Shown: in pieces, positions 51,754 through 64,000 of the stretch | How positions within the stretch are numbered: the first letter of the stretch is position 1 | Layout: the number at the start of each line of letters is the position of its first letter | Assembly (NCBI GenBank): GCA_965655095.1 | Contig: OZ296656.1 | Span: 83,080,001-83,144,000, forward strand | Direction of reading: 5' to 3' | Source of the DNA: Haplodiscus bocki | Taxonomy: Eukaryota | DNA: 64,000 nt | Notes under the pieces: generated by a model | The model's input: the letters and a program-made list of their open reading frames with translations, nothing else | What the model was told of the DNA's origin: nothing | Databases searched by the model: none | Translations under genes and position numbers: made by a program

Positions 51754-54700
51754 GCAACTCATTTAACATTTCTACCAATCCCAGAGGTTGTCTGGCTGCA
51801 ACCCCAGGAGACCTATTTAAATAATATTCATAATGATTTGACTAATAAAACTCATAAACATACCCACACGCCCAAACAGAAAAATGATGTAGAAGCACAA
51901 ACGTCGCCAATAAAGGAAACCTCATCTCAAGTATCCGGATCCGACACGGCATCACTCCTCGAAACCCAAACCAGGAGCATACCAGTACAGTGCCCCAATG
52001 ACTCCAAGAAACAACAAAGCGAAATCCAACGAAATGAAATAAGTTTGACAACCCATGGCAATTGAGATGATAATATTTCTCCTCCTCAAATTACAACTTC
52101 TCAAATTCAAGAACAACTTGTGAGAGACGAAAATACTAATGAACTCTATATGCCGCTATCCTCCACAATCGTCTTGAAACGAAAGAAAGAAATGTTGTAT
52201 GTCCCTCTGGATTTCGATAATGGCTGAACAATAGATGCCCTTGTTGACTCGGGAGCCTATGTTAGTGCAATAGCTCAGAAAGAATCGGACAGAATTCAAC
52301 AACAAGCCCCGTCTAACATCCTAAAAATTGATGAACCACCTAATTTTCAAATCCAAGTAGCAAATGGCCAGTTAGAGAAGCCCACAGCAACAGCCACACT
52401 TAAATTTGACATTGGTGACCACATCTTTGCCGAACATTTTGTAGTGATGAAGAATCTGACAGGACCCATTATAGGATTGCACTTCATGAGACAGAACAGT
52501 GTGGTCATTGATACCACTCAAGGCCTCATCAACTTCCCTCATCTAACAATGCAAGTCAAAAGTGCATCGAGCCAAGCAAGTGCTAAACCTCAACCTGTTC
52601 TCATTCATGATAGTATAACAATACCACAGATGACAACGAAAACATTTAGAGCATTTGTTGACCACTCATCGGAATTGAAGACAACAGGCACCGTGACCCC
52701 AGTGGAAAAATTCACAGAAGCCGCGAGCCTAATCATATCCCATTCAATGTCAACAATAATTGACAGGAAAATAGCAGTCACAGTAACTAACACAACGGAA
52801 TCACCCTACACAATCAACAAGAACACACAAATTGCCGAAATCTCCGTAGTCACTCCGGAGCAATCCAAGTTTATTAAACCAGTGGACATGGCAATTCTTA
52901 GTATGATTCCTGAAGGTGACCCAGACCTGGTTATTTACCTGACTGAGCTACTCAGAACGAATAAACCAGAGCAACAAAACAATACTTTCTGGTTTCCGAC
53001 ACCCAAATATCCTGGCAACACAGAAGATCATACCCCGATTCAAACACGAATCCTCACAGAACTCTGTGAATTGCAACGAAGGGAAAAACTAAATCCAAAA
53101 GATGATAGTGAATCACGAGCAGAACTCCTCAAAAGATTTGATTGGACAGACACACTGCTCACGGAAACTGAGAAACAAGCAGTTGAAGACATTCTAGTTG
53201 AATATCATGATATATTTGCTAGACACAGAATGGATATTGGAATGAACACAGAATTCAAGGTAAAACTCAAACCAAAAGATGATAAAGCTGTTTACAGCCA
53301 GAGCTTACCAATGCCGATCCATCTGAAAGAAGACTTAATTGTTGAGCTCGCCCTTATGCACAAATATGGGATCATCACAGTGTTACCATTCTCAAAATAT
53401 GCAAGCCCCATATTTGCACAGAGGAAACCCAACGGAAAATTACGGCTCCTTTTGGATCTCAGGAAAATGAACACCCTGACTGCAGATGATTATACTATTA
53501 ATAACCATCCAGTTAGCACTTTGTCAGACGCAGCACAACACCTGGCAGGAAAGTCACTATTATGTAAGCTTGATTGCTCCCAAGCGTATCACTGCTTGCA
53601 GATGGTGGACCAACGCTCAGTGGAAATGCTTGCATTCAATTTTGCTAGCAGAACTTTTGCCTACAGAAGACTTGCACAAGGTCTTAGCAGATCTGTGTCT
53701 GCTTTTTCGAGCTTCATGCGCGAGTACTTGGACCCAGTTGTCAAAGCTGACCAATGTGCTCAATACGTGGATGACATTGTAATTGCAGCCAATAATGCTA
53801 CGGATCTCACCCGGAACATTCGGGCAGTCTTCAAGTGCATTCGCGATGCAGGATTAAAACTGACAATTGAAAAGTGCCATTTTGGAGTCAGACAGGTTGA
53901 ATTCCTAGGCAGAACCATTTCATCCGAGGGAGTATTACCACAATCTCATAAACTTCAAAACTTTTTGAACAAATTGAGATTCCCTAAATCCAAGAAGGCC
54001 TTGCAGCGCTTCATAAATTACTACAGAAATTATATTCTCAGAATGGCTGAAAAGCTCAACCCATTTTATAAACTTTTGAAAGCAGAAGTCCCAATCAACA
54101 TCACCTCAAAATTGAAAGAAACCTTCGATTCAGTGAACAAAGCACTGAGTGATGCGTGTCAACTAGCACTCAAGCAACCCATTCCTGAAAAACAGTTAGT
54201 CTTATCGACCGATGCAAGTTTCAGGAGTGCAGGGTATGCCCTTATGATTGAAGACAACCCGGTTCAAAAAATCCATTCAAAAAGGAAAACGTATGCACCA
54301 GTCGCGTTTGGATCAGAAGTCTTTTCTCCCGCACAGCTTGAGATGTCAATTTACTCGAAGGACTTTTTGGCAATATACATGGCAATTCTTGAATTTGCGC
54401 ACATTCTGTGGGAAACATCAAAACCGACGATTGTATTGACGGACAACAAATCAGTTACCCGATTTTTCCAGACGAAAGCCATTCCACCATCCCTGTGGAA
54501 CGCATGTGATTATGTGTTGCAGTTCAACTTCAAAATAGCACATGTAGCTGGTTCAGTTAACACAGCGGCTGGGCTGACTTTTGCTTCATGATTGGAATTG
54601 AGAGTCATGGAAAAGATCCATCTCAAAATCCGAGAAGATGTCCAAACAACACCCATAGAGGTGTCAACATCTTCCTCAGATGTCGCAGATGAAGAACAAT

Positions 54701-56593
54701 TCTTTTTCACGCAATCAGATAGTCAGGACGAAACTGAAGAACGAATCCTACAAAGGAAAGAACAATCTCAGAAAAATGCGGCAGAATGGGTAACAAACCA
54801 GGAACTATCCTCAATGAAGCCAAGCATCAATGAATTTACAAAGATCGACGGAAACATTACGTCGTACTCCATCAATGGAATTAAAGCAAGCGCACGAATA
54901 CGAGTAGAGCAAGATGCCGATCTAGTATTGAAGAACCTCAAACTCAAAACACTTGGCCAACCACATGATGATATGCTATTAGCAACGGATAGACGATACA
55001 AACACTACAAAGCAAATGAGGATCGCATTATCCTCAAGGATGGACTCCTATTCCGGAAATACTACGGAGAAGCTGGCAGCGTCAAATACTACCAAATTCT
55101 CATACCGAAGCAGCTTGTTAATGAAGTACTACGGAATCTCCACGGAGAATTTAGTAAACATCCTGGAATTACCAAGACGATAATTACATACAGAGAAAAA
55201 TATTATTACCCAAATATGGCTCAACTAATCAGGGAGTGGGTCTTGTCGTGTGAGCAATGCCTTAGAGAATCACCAATTAATCCCTGACTCACCCGCCCTC
55301 CCCTGCAAAATCCGAACGAGTACACTACTGCGCCAGAAGACGCCATGCAAATCGATTTGTTGTCGGGATAACCGCCATCTGGTGGCTATGAAAACATTGT
55401 GACAGCCATTGATATGTTTTCCCGCTATTCATTTGCATACCCGACATCACACCAGGACGCCGAAACAGTCGCTAAAGTGATAATTAACATCATGACTAAG
55501 CACGTCTACTTACTCACAACACTTATCTCAGATAAAGGTACAGCTTTTACTTCAATTGTAATTGAAGAAGTGGCCGGCGTCCTTGGCCTTACTCTAAAGC
55601 ACGCCACCACCAAGCACGCTCAAAAAATTGGGTTACTTGAGCGATCTCACGCGTCAATCAAACAAGCATTGAAGATTGAGACAGGCGAGCGGAGATCATT
55701 GTGGCACAAATATGTGAGCATTGCGGTCCTTAAGTACAACACATCTTATCACGCGAGCATCGGCTGTGAGCCGAGCAGAGTATTTCATGGACGAATTCCT
55801 TATAATATCCTTGATTTAAAAATGGGTATTCGTCCACAGGAAATTCCCCCTCCAGACTCGCAGATCGCCCAAGATGTGCTTGAACAGACAGAAACAATTT
55901 TCCAGGACGTCCGAAAAAATACCATGCAAGCCTATATCAAATACAAAGCGTAATATGATAGGAAAGCAAATGCCTCAAAATTGAAAAAAGCCGATTACGT
56001 CTTCATACTACAGCCGAAAGCAGACCACCAAGGGAGTAAAAATCCCTTCACAGACTTTCGCTGGATTGGGCCATACATTATTGAAAAGTTATTACCCAAC
56101 AATAATTATCTGGTACGCAAAATCGGCACTGACAAGACACAAATCCTTCATCGAATGAGGCTGCGACAATTCACACCCCGCCAACCGCTATCAGACATAC
56201 CAGTCACACAACGCGAGTGGCAACCAGACCCGGAAGTTGTCATTACACACGATGACTTATACGCCAGGCCGTGGGAATGTGAATATGACGAGCCAATATT
56301 TGACAGCGATTACAATAATTTGGCGGCACCCAGTCGACCCGAGATTACAATAAGATCCGAACAGACAGCTGATGAAATGAGGAACACTCCTGGAATCACA
56401 CCAGAAAAATCCCCAGAAATTATTCCTCAGCCAGACGGATCATATGACGGAAGAGACGTCGATCGCGACACGCAGCCTGATGCGGATATGAGTGTAGAGC
56501 AACTTGACCCCATGCCTACCAACCCCCGCAGCTCAAAATACGATCTCCGAAAATAACCCGAAGCCAAATTGTAACGACGACTACAGATACTGA
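51706..56593 (+). pseudogene. pol: pol: aspartic protease, reverse transcriptase, RNase H, integrase (several premature stops)
   Basis: LVDSGA; YASPIFAQRKPNGKLR; KLDCSQAYH; YVDD; TDASFRSAG; HGEFSKHPG...CEQC; QIDL...SDKGTAF...GLLERSH; WIGPY. Confidence 0.97.
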
Positions 56594-56604
56594 TTCTGTC
56601 CTGC

Positions 56605-56960
56605 AACTTTTCCCGGAACACATACGTATATTTTCCGGAAGCCCCAGGAATATGTCATGCAGAAAGCCAACATATGCTTCCAAGCACTTAAATGGCCCCC
56701 CGAAGTAACTAATGAGCACCACAGACAGAGCAACCACAATTTTGGCACTTAAAGCACTGGGAATCGGATCCTCATCAAATATATCCTCAAGCGATACATG
56801 GAATGCTTCCGGAACAATTCCGGAACCATTCTGGAAAATCCACCAAAATTGGATTCCGGAACTATTCCGGAACCATTCCGGAAAATTTACCAAAATCCAA
56901 TTCCGGATACACTACGGAATACATATGGATACCCCGAGTAGTGTGAGGTTAATTCCTGGA
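56605..56960. repeat. Cluster of TTCCGGAA palindromes between the converging pol and antisense-gene 3' ends
   Basis: About 8 exact or near copies, several at 11-bp spacing (56807/56818, 56854/56865/56876). Confidence 0.8.
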
Positions 56961-57076
56961 TAGCGACGCGTTTCCTACTCATTTCACCCATGCAAAAGAC
57001 GGCTATGATAAATAAATTCAGACTATTTTTAAAATTCTAAAATGTGAGAAGTTTATACAAATATACAGTTAGATTG

Positions 57077-60000
57077 TTACTGGTACCCCCCTTGGAATAC
57101 TGGGGCATTACGGCGATTGCGACCACTTCTCCTCGCCCCCGACTTCTCAAAGCTTTTCTGAAGAGCAGACTCAAATGATGGACGGCTAACAGACGGGCTG
57201 GAAACTGAAAACTGTTTTTTCGAGACACCAGGACTCGCTGATGATTGCCTCTTCTTGCCTTTCCCGGGACTTGACCGACTACAACAAGGGAAACCAAGCT
57301 TCTCGTGCTCAGCTACATACTGCACGTCCCCCACCTCAACAACATAAGAGATGCGGACAGTTGTTTGGGGCGCACTCTCACCAACAGCTGATGAGGCAAC
57401 GGTTTCAGCACTGAACCACCGCTCCCGTGTATCTTTTACCGCCTTCCTCTGGGACAAAATCTTCTCGCGGCAAGACTTCAAATCAATGATAACGGGGCCA
57501 GCTTCAACATCAACAGCTCCCCAAGGGTCAAATCTAGCGCTGTTTCGGACAGCATCTGCGGCAGTGACAGCAGTGTTTAGCATGCTGATCCCAGTCTCAG
57601 AGAAAAAATTTCTCTGTGTGAACGAGGGATGACACACAAAGTCCTGCACACACGCCACTGCCCCCTTCCCCTTCTCATGGTCGATCGCAACCCCATCCAG
57701 CGACACAGTAAAAAGGGGATGCAGCTCCGAAGGACCTTTTACCACTAGTGCTTTCAATTGAAAGATCTAAAGCAGCACATGTGTTAAATCATGAGACTAT
57801 CAGAAAAATTCAGAAGCACAAAATACCAACTTTGTGCAAATTCCGTCGAGAACGAAAACTGGGCTGATTGCAGAAGGCAAACACACTGTTGATTGGAGCA
57901 CGAGATTTATGGCTGCTTGTTTCCACCTGTCGCTCTTCGCGCACAAAAGAGTGGAATTCGGCCTTTGCAGGCTCGTTCTCTGATCCCCTCACCCAGCCAA
58001 GTTCAAGCAGCCCATGTAACAATTGTCCAAAGAGATGGAAAGCGGAATAGTCGTCGCCCCCAATCACAGAAACAACTGAGCCCCTGGCCAATTGGAGAAC
58101 GCGCAGCAACTGTCGAGAGAATGGTGCTCACGAGATCCTCAAGGAAACGACGACAGTCCCTACGGAATTCTTTGCGGAGGAAGCTGCTGTTGACTTTCTC
58201 AAGGGACGATAACAGACGTGTCCCTTCCAGAAAGTGCTCCTCAGGAATTGCACCAAAGCAATGATTTGGTAGCATGTATGCCTCCCACTTCTCAATCACG
58301 GGCAAATCATTACTCCGCTTCACCTTCTGCAAGAGACAATACACAAATCGCGAGAGTTCCCTGAATGCCAAGCACCCATAGTCGGCGCGCCCAGAGTTCA
58401 GTTCGGTGAAGTTGTGTGCAACTGAAACAACACAAACAACGTGACACGAGCATGATGAGAATTGGACCCGCCCTTCCCAAAAGCAGACTACCAAATGAGG
58501 ATCAAACTGGGAGTGATACCCAAATTTCTTAGTTCGTCCCGTGGAATTGAAGAGAGGACTAGCAGTGATACTAAAAACTCCTAGTTCATCATGACCGGGA
58601 ATTACGCTCTGAAATAAAACTCAGCAGCCCACACGAGTCCCCCAACCACCAGAAAGGAGGCCTAGACAATGCCCCACGGTCATAAAAGTGAAAACGCCGT
58701 GAATATACCAACTGTCGCAAATGAGGAAACCAGGAACATTGCCACAATTTTTCCTGGAATCCCGGCCAACTTTTCCGGAATGTATACGTACCAACGTGAG
58801 CTAGATGAGGAAGTGTAAGAAGCGGGACTTACAGATTTCGAGAATCAGATGGAACAGGCGGAATTTGCTGCGGGCCATCTGATCGATATAGAAATAGCCA
58901 TCGATTCCCTTCTTCTAAAAGGAAAACAGCAAGATGAAGGAGTGGAAATTGCAAATGAAATAAACCTGCAGAATGAAATATACCACTAAGCTGTCATCGT
59001 CAGTCTTCCTACCAGTCTCCTTGAGGTACACCACGATGAGAGGCCACACTCCCACGATGTTGCTGACGACCTCAACAAGAGACGGCATCGACATGTCTCC
59101 AGTGATGATGGCACAGCGAAGACTCGTTCTAGACATCATCCAATCGCGATGTTCCGCACCCTTTAGTCGCGTGACGATGAATTCCGTCCTTGAGAAGGGA
59201 TCCAAACACCCAAAGACGGAAGAGGACACCTTCTGTAAGCATCGTTTCAGGAGACGCAAGTCAAAAATGGGATACTCCACCAGCTTGTGCGAGTACCCAC
59301 TTCCCAAATACTCCTTGTACGTGTCAGCCAGCACATGCGACCCGCCAGAAATCGCAACAAGGGACGCCGAACTACCCACTGCAGCCACAACTTACCCGAG
59401 CACTGCTACATCGTGTGTAGCATCAACTGTGAAACGGTCGACAACATCCACAGCAACCCGACGGAAACTGCCCTTCTCCCACGTTCTCATGAAGGCCCAC
59501 AGTGACTCGCCACGCTCCTCAAATTCAAGGCCATAGAAATGATGAGCCTTTGCCCACCCAACAACCCGTGACAAAATTCGGGGCAGCATTCCAGTAATGA
59601 TAATTGACTAAAAGCAAAACAACAATGTGAATCAGGAATGAGACGAAGAGGTTCCGGAAATCTACGGAACCTATCAAAACTTCGTCTCGTGTCCAGGCAA
59701 CTTCACGCTTCACTGGCCCAGCGGTTAGCACAAACTGCGCCCACAGTTTCTCGATGAGACCGTAGCTGCCTCCCATCTTCAACCCATCTACCAGGCAGGA
59801 CACATTCGTCAGGACTGGCAACTGAGGGTCGATCACACCAGCTTCGTCAGAGATCAAGTCCTCTGCAAACGGATGCTCTGGATCCCGTACTACAAGAGGA
59901 CCCTTCTGAATCTTCTCCCTCCGCCGCTCCAGGTCATCTTCAGTCAAGGGATTTCCTTGAAAATCCAGCACGCGCCACCCAGGTGTTTCAAGAAGCAAAC

Positions 60001-61562
60001 GCTGGTCACGGGCAAAGTGACGACGTCCCTGAGAATGGCGCAACTTTTCATGGTGCCCATGGGTGAGCACGGACACGTCCTTTCGGCACAACCGACAATA
60101 AAAGTTGCTGGGCAAATTCGCAGCATCTAATGGCCCTGTCACAAAAAACCTGCCCAGCTCCGTTGCCGCGTAAACCTTTTTCATCCGGTAAATTTTATTC
60201 GACAGAACTTTCCGGCGCCCCTGACTTGCATCTGTCTTGTCTCCGCTGGTGTCCGGCGTCTCAATTCTCTGCAAACTCTGTGAGGGTCCCTGCTTTAGCC
60301 GGTCCAGCACTTCGTTCAGCTCTACCAACAGAAAAATGGAAATTATGGACTGACACAATGCTACTGAACCCAAAAAGGCGGAAAATACTAACTGTTCATC
60401 AAAGGAGACAGCAACTGAGCCTTCTCCTCTTCGCACACGGAGCAACACAAGGGCACCATTTGATGCCCAGTGGCACGAATCATAGTGGCAGCGGGATCGG
60501 TCACGAACTGATCTGTAAAAGAAAGAAACATGGTAAGAACTTGGAGCCAACTTGGAACAATACTAGTAAATTCCTCATTCAAGCACAAGATTTACCATCA
60601 TCAAATGCCCGCTCTAATAGCTCCCTGCTTCGACCTCTACTTTGGACAGCCTCAAGGGCATCATGCTGGGACCTCCCAACCAATGGTACCAGGCTCCTGG
60701 TAACAACAATGTGACGCCCCCTCAACTGCCCATCAGTCTCCACGCCAGTCGACACTTCTTCATTTCCGGATACTCCCGGAATCGTCTCCGCATCAACTAG
60801 AAATAACACAGAGAATGAGCCACTGATATGAAAAAACCTGCAATGTTGAATAGAGAGCAACCAACTCTCAAGAACAGCCGTGAGAGGACTCTTTGGAGCG
60901 CGTTTCGTCTGACTCTTCTTTCTCTCGGCTTCTTCTTCTGCTGAAGTCGGCGCGCCAACCTCAAACTCGGAACCAGACACATCTGCCCGAGACAATTCAG
61001 GCTCATCACCCTGAACCACTGGTTCTCCTGAGCGATTGTACACTAAAACACAACAACCTCACGAAGTCATCTTCATACTCGAGAGCGCGCGCAGCAAAAC
61101 TAGCCCAAATAGAATTCATTGACTGGCCAGCAAAGAAATTCTAAATAGCAAGGCTAATGGCAATCGATGAAGATTTGAAAACTCACATTGTGGAAGGTGA
61201 GCGGTGTCAACGACACCCTCGAACACATTCTTCCCGAGTCTCTTGCGGCGAAGGATCTCTGAGAGCGTGAATACCTCAGACTCATACCCAGAAAGCCCAA
61301 CTTCGTCCACGCCACCAACAACATCAACGTCCTCGTCCTCGTCCTCCTCATCGGCTTCAGTGCCCGCCTCGGTCTCGCACAAACCGCCTACTTCAATTGG
61401 TCCCTCCAGACCTCCCGCAGGACTCTCCTCGCCTCTCTCTCCAGCAACACTTTCTTCGAAGACAACAACAGGGGAAGGGGAACCAACAGCTTGAACAGCT
61501 GATTTATTGTCCACTTGGGACGAATTGATCTCCGCAAGGAAGATGACACTGTCCTCGGACAT
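57077..61562 (-). CDS. Spliced antisense gene, 9 exons, ~1,170 aa: acidic/disordered N-terminus, CX2CX16HX5H zinc finger, hAT-transposase-like body; slightly damaged in this copy
   Basis: Predicted introns 61186-61043, 60865-60797, 60595-60513, 60392-60322, 59674-59608, 58983-58915, 58832-58422 and 57830-57767 join the - strand ORF fragments in the correct phase. Defects: one donor reads ATAGGT, one stop at 59392, one frameshift near 58065. Confidence 0.85.
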
Positions 61563-61992
61563 ATTTTACGAATTGCTTCGAAGAACGTGGCTAATAAGCT
61601 ATTACATGGTGGATTTATAATTTCATTCACGAAATTCATTATTATTTTAATTTTTAACATGACCGATTTGTCTGCCAGCAATAACGTCATCATTACCATC
61701 ATCATCATATTTTCAAGGATACATTGAGGAAACAAACTCAATTCTTCCTCATTCCCAAAACTCAATCCTTGATTTGTTTACAAGTTATCATTTTCTGTTA
61801 TACCGCCAAATACTCGACTTGAGCAGCTAGAGTGATACCGCGGGAACTTCAAAGTATCTCCCGCTTGGCGACGCATGCCGACTGACTTCTTATTTCAACC
61901 ATCACACTTTTTAAAGTCGCTTCATTGATATCAGCAGCTCAAACTTTTTCTCTAATTTTCTCATTTTTACAAACTCTGAGCAAATCATCATC

Positions 61993-62723
61993 ATGAATTT
62001 ATCTCTGGATTCCTGCTCCACAGAGTCTGACGTTTTTTACGTGGAGCAAACATCAACAGAGGGAAGCCCAATCCGAAATAATACCCCTGCGATCCTCAAT
62101 TCGACGGAGATATCCGGAGCCATGGAGAGAGAGAGATCATCACAATCTCCTCTGTCGCCTCTCCGGTACCACGAATTGTGACGCTGAACTCTGACTCGAA
62201 TGACCCCACAATGCCCTATGGGTTTGGCAATCAGCAGCCGATCGTGCCACCCAGTCTCAACGACCTCAATCTGCCGCCCAACCCCTTCAATGTACTGGCA
62301 ACGATAGCCGTAATCCGAGTGGATGATGAATACAGCCCCCAGTCACCGGAGCCAACCATCCCATCCCCAATTTCAACGCCTCCAATGAATGTCAGTACCA
62401 TTGAAGGCTGGGGGATACAACGCATACCACGACTGACAATGACACATTTTATACAGATGACGAGCCCAGAAGAGTCTACTGGCATATTCCGTCGAGCGAC
62501 ACCTTCGACTCTAACGAGCCAAGAAATGTGTCTGTCGCCTCGAGCCTTCTTCTACTCCACCACCTCCACCGCGACAGAAGAGAAGACTAAGCATGGGGAT
62601 GTCTTTTCCTCAAAAGGGAGGAGTGTCGCAGGACACCTGCGAGGCATGCGGCCAACCCTTACCGCAAGGAAAGCCACCCAATGCTTAGAAGAGACACAAA
62701 CATTGACTGAACTCTCAATATAA
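61993..62723 (+). pseudogene. Extra sense ORF (S/T/P-rich, ~235 aa, frameshifted) crossing the PPT and ending in the 3' LTR
   Basis: MNLSLDSCSTESDVFY...PIVPPSLNDLNLPPNPF...; a candidate final frame reads QKRRLSMGMSFPQKGGVSQDTCEACGQPLPQGKPPNA*. Confidence 0.55.
62612..62623 (+). promoter_or_regulatory. Polypurine tract AAAAGGGAGGAG
   Basis: Purine run immediately 5' of the TGTCGCAG start of the 3' LTR. Confidence 0.9.
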
Positions 62724-64000
62724 CTCTATTAAGTATATACACTATTATGTGTACTCTATTATGTATATATACGTATCCTTAACAACGCACATAAATATGG
62801 GTACGTATTTATACGGAACCGAACTGACCCGAACTGGGACGGATCCGCTACGGAACAAACGAGTATTCACAGAGTAGTATTAATAGAATAGGTGCTATAT
62901 TTATATTAATACAATTATTTAATTATTAGACATAAATCCACTTTTTCTGCAATGAAATCGAACCATGATTGATTACTAGAAGTGCAGTTTAATTTCAAAT
63001 TAGAAATAAATTGATGATGTACGTAGACTGACTGATTTCAAGTGTATTGACTCTAGGAGTGAATATTTCTTCCGTACGTGTTCCGTCGCTACTAGTCGGG
63101 TGACGTCACTACTATTGTTACTCTGCCGCGCGGTAGTGATTCCGGAATCAATCCGGAATCACTCCTCATTTGAGCAAAGAATACGACCACTACTAGTGAA
63201 TACGGAACGATTCCGGAATCATTCCGGAATCTACTAGTGCTACTCGTATGAATGAGGAGTAAACTAGTAGTGCTACTAGTTTCTCCTCATTTCCAAAGAG
63301 TAAGAACTAATGAGCTGTTGTTATTGATGAGGTGAGTGTGAGGGTGATGATTATTTATATTAATTAAAGTCATGTTTTATCATATTTATTTTTTAATCCA
63401 TTTTTACAATCAGGGAAACATTTTTCCTTTCCCATTTATGGAATAGTTTGTGTAACTGTAAACAAAAGTGTCGGCGCGGGAAAAATCACTTTGATGTCCA
63501 TCTCTGACCGATTAGGACCGTCCATTTTCTGTCGGAAGATGGAAAAGGCGCGTCCTATGAGGGAAGAGATGTATGGAAGAGTTGTTTATTTCCCCCCAGA
63601 TTCGGCACTCTCACCTTTGATGCTATACTTTTCGACGGTACTTTTCCCTATTTGTACTTTGACTTGGCGTGCAAACAATTATGTTTCCCGCCAGGAAAAA
63701 GTATAAATAGGAGAAATGAAAGTACAACGTGAGAACTTTTTGGGGATTTTGACAGAACTTTACAGAACTTTTGAGAGCCATTCAAGTGAACTTTCAATAA
63801 TTTCTCAAGAGCTTTTCAGAAACTTTTCGAAATCTCTTAGCAATTGTATTGAACCTTCTTCAGAACGAGTGTACAATAATTTGCAACTGATAAGTGCTGA
63901 CGATATTGAACCAGTCTTTGCCTATTCTTCATTTGTTCTTTATTTTCCTAACGCTAATACTGTAAACCTCCCATTTGATTTTACAATAAAAAGACAAGCA
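62624..64000 (+). repeat. 3' LTR of element 1 (partial)
   Basis: Direct repeat of 48649-50028. Confidence 0.97.

Larger units (their letters stand above)
48649..64000 (+). mobile_element. Gypsy element 1: ~15.8-kb LTR retrotransposon, near-intact but with nonsense/frameshift mutations; 3' LTR cut by the window end
   Basis: Direct repeats at 48649 and 62624, PBS, gag, PR-RT-RH-IN order, PPT. Confidence 0.97.

Noticed and set aside
61043-61141. Extra exon NFFAGQSMNSIW... using the acceptor at 61141
   Set aside because: Joining it to the phase-1 donor at 61186 creates an immediate TAA; the 61043 acceptor keeps the frame.
58973-61494. Plus-strand ORFs 58973-59536, 60130-60714 and 61204-61494 as genes
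   Set aside because: They are best explained as shadow frames of the spliced - strand gene.
57000-62600. env gene in the 3' internal region
   Set aside because: No sense ORF with signal peptide, furin site and TM anchor; the hydrophobic stretches in the ORF track are translated T-rich introns.

Overview
This is eukaryotic, transposon-saturated DNA (probably an invertebrate animal). I recognise no host gene, rRNA, tRNA or CRISPR-Cas locus, and there is one 200-N gap (27495-27694). The window holds two large Ty3/Gypsy LTR retrotransposons. Element 1 (+ strand, 48649 to beyond 64000) is near-intact and inserted at the edge of a ~121-bp satellite array with higher-order structure. Element 2 (- strand, 26544 to ~43740) is older, decayed and contains a 3.6-kb tandem duplication. 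Also present are several solo LTRs of related families, a complete but dead hAT DNA transposon with an 8-bp TSD, MITE-like fragments and a ~3.5-kb decayed ORF of unknown type. The most striking feature is a large antisense gene between pol and the 3' LTR in both Gypsy elements. In element 1 it can be assembled by eye into 9 exons and 8 phase-compatible introns, giving ~1,170 aa with a CX2CX16HX5H zinc finger and a layout resembling a catalytically eroded hAT transposase. These families also start gag 130-190 codons inside the LTR and read through the LTR end and PBS. Element 1 has three in-frame 42-bp copies of the LTR-end/PBS junction and a third ORF that runs across the PPT into the 3' LTR. 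All calls come from reading the sequence by eye; no database searches were run.
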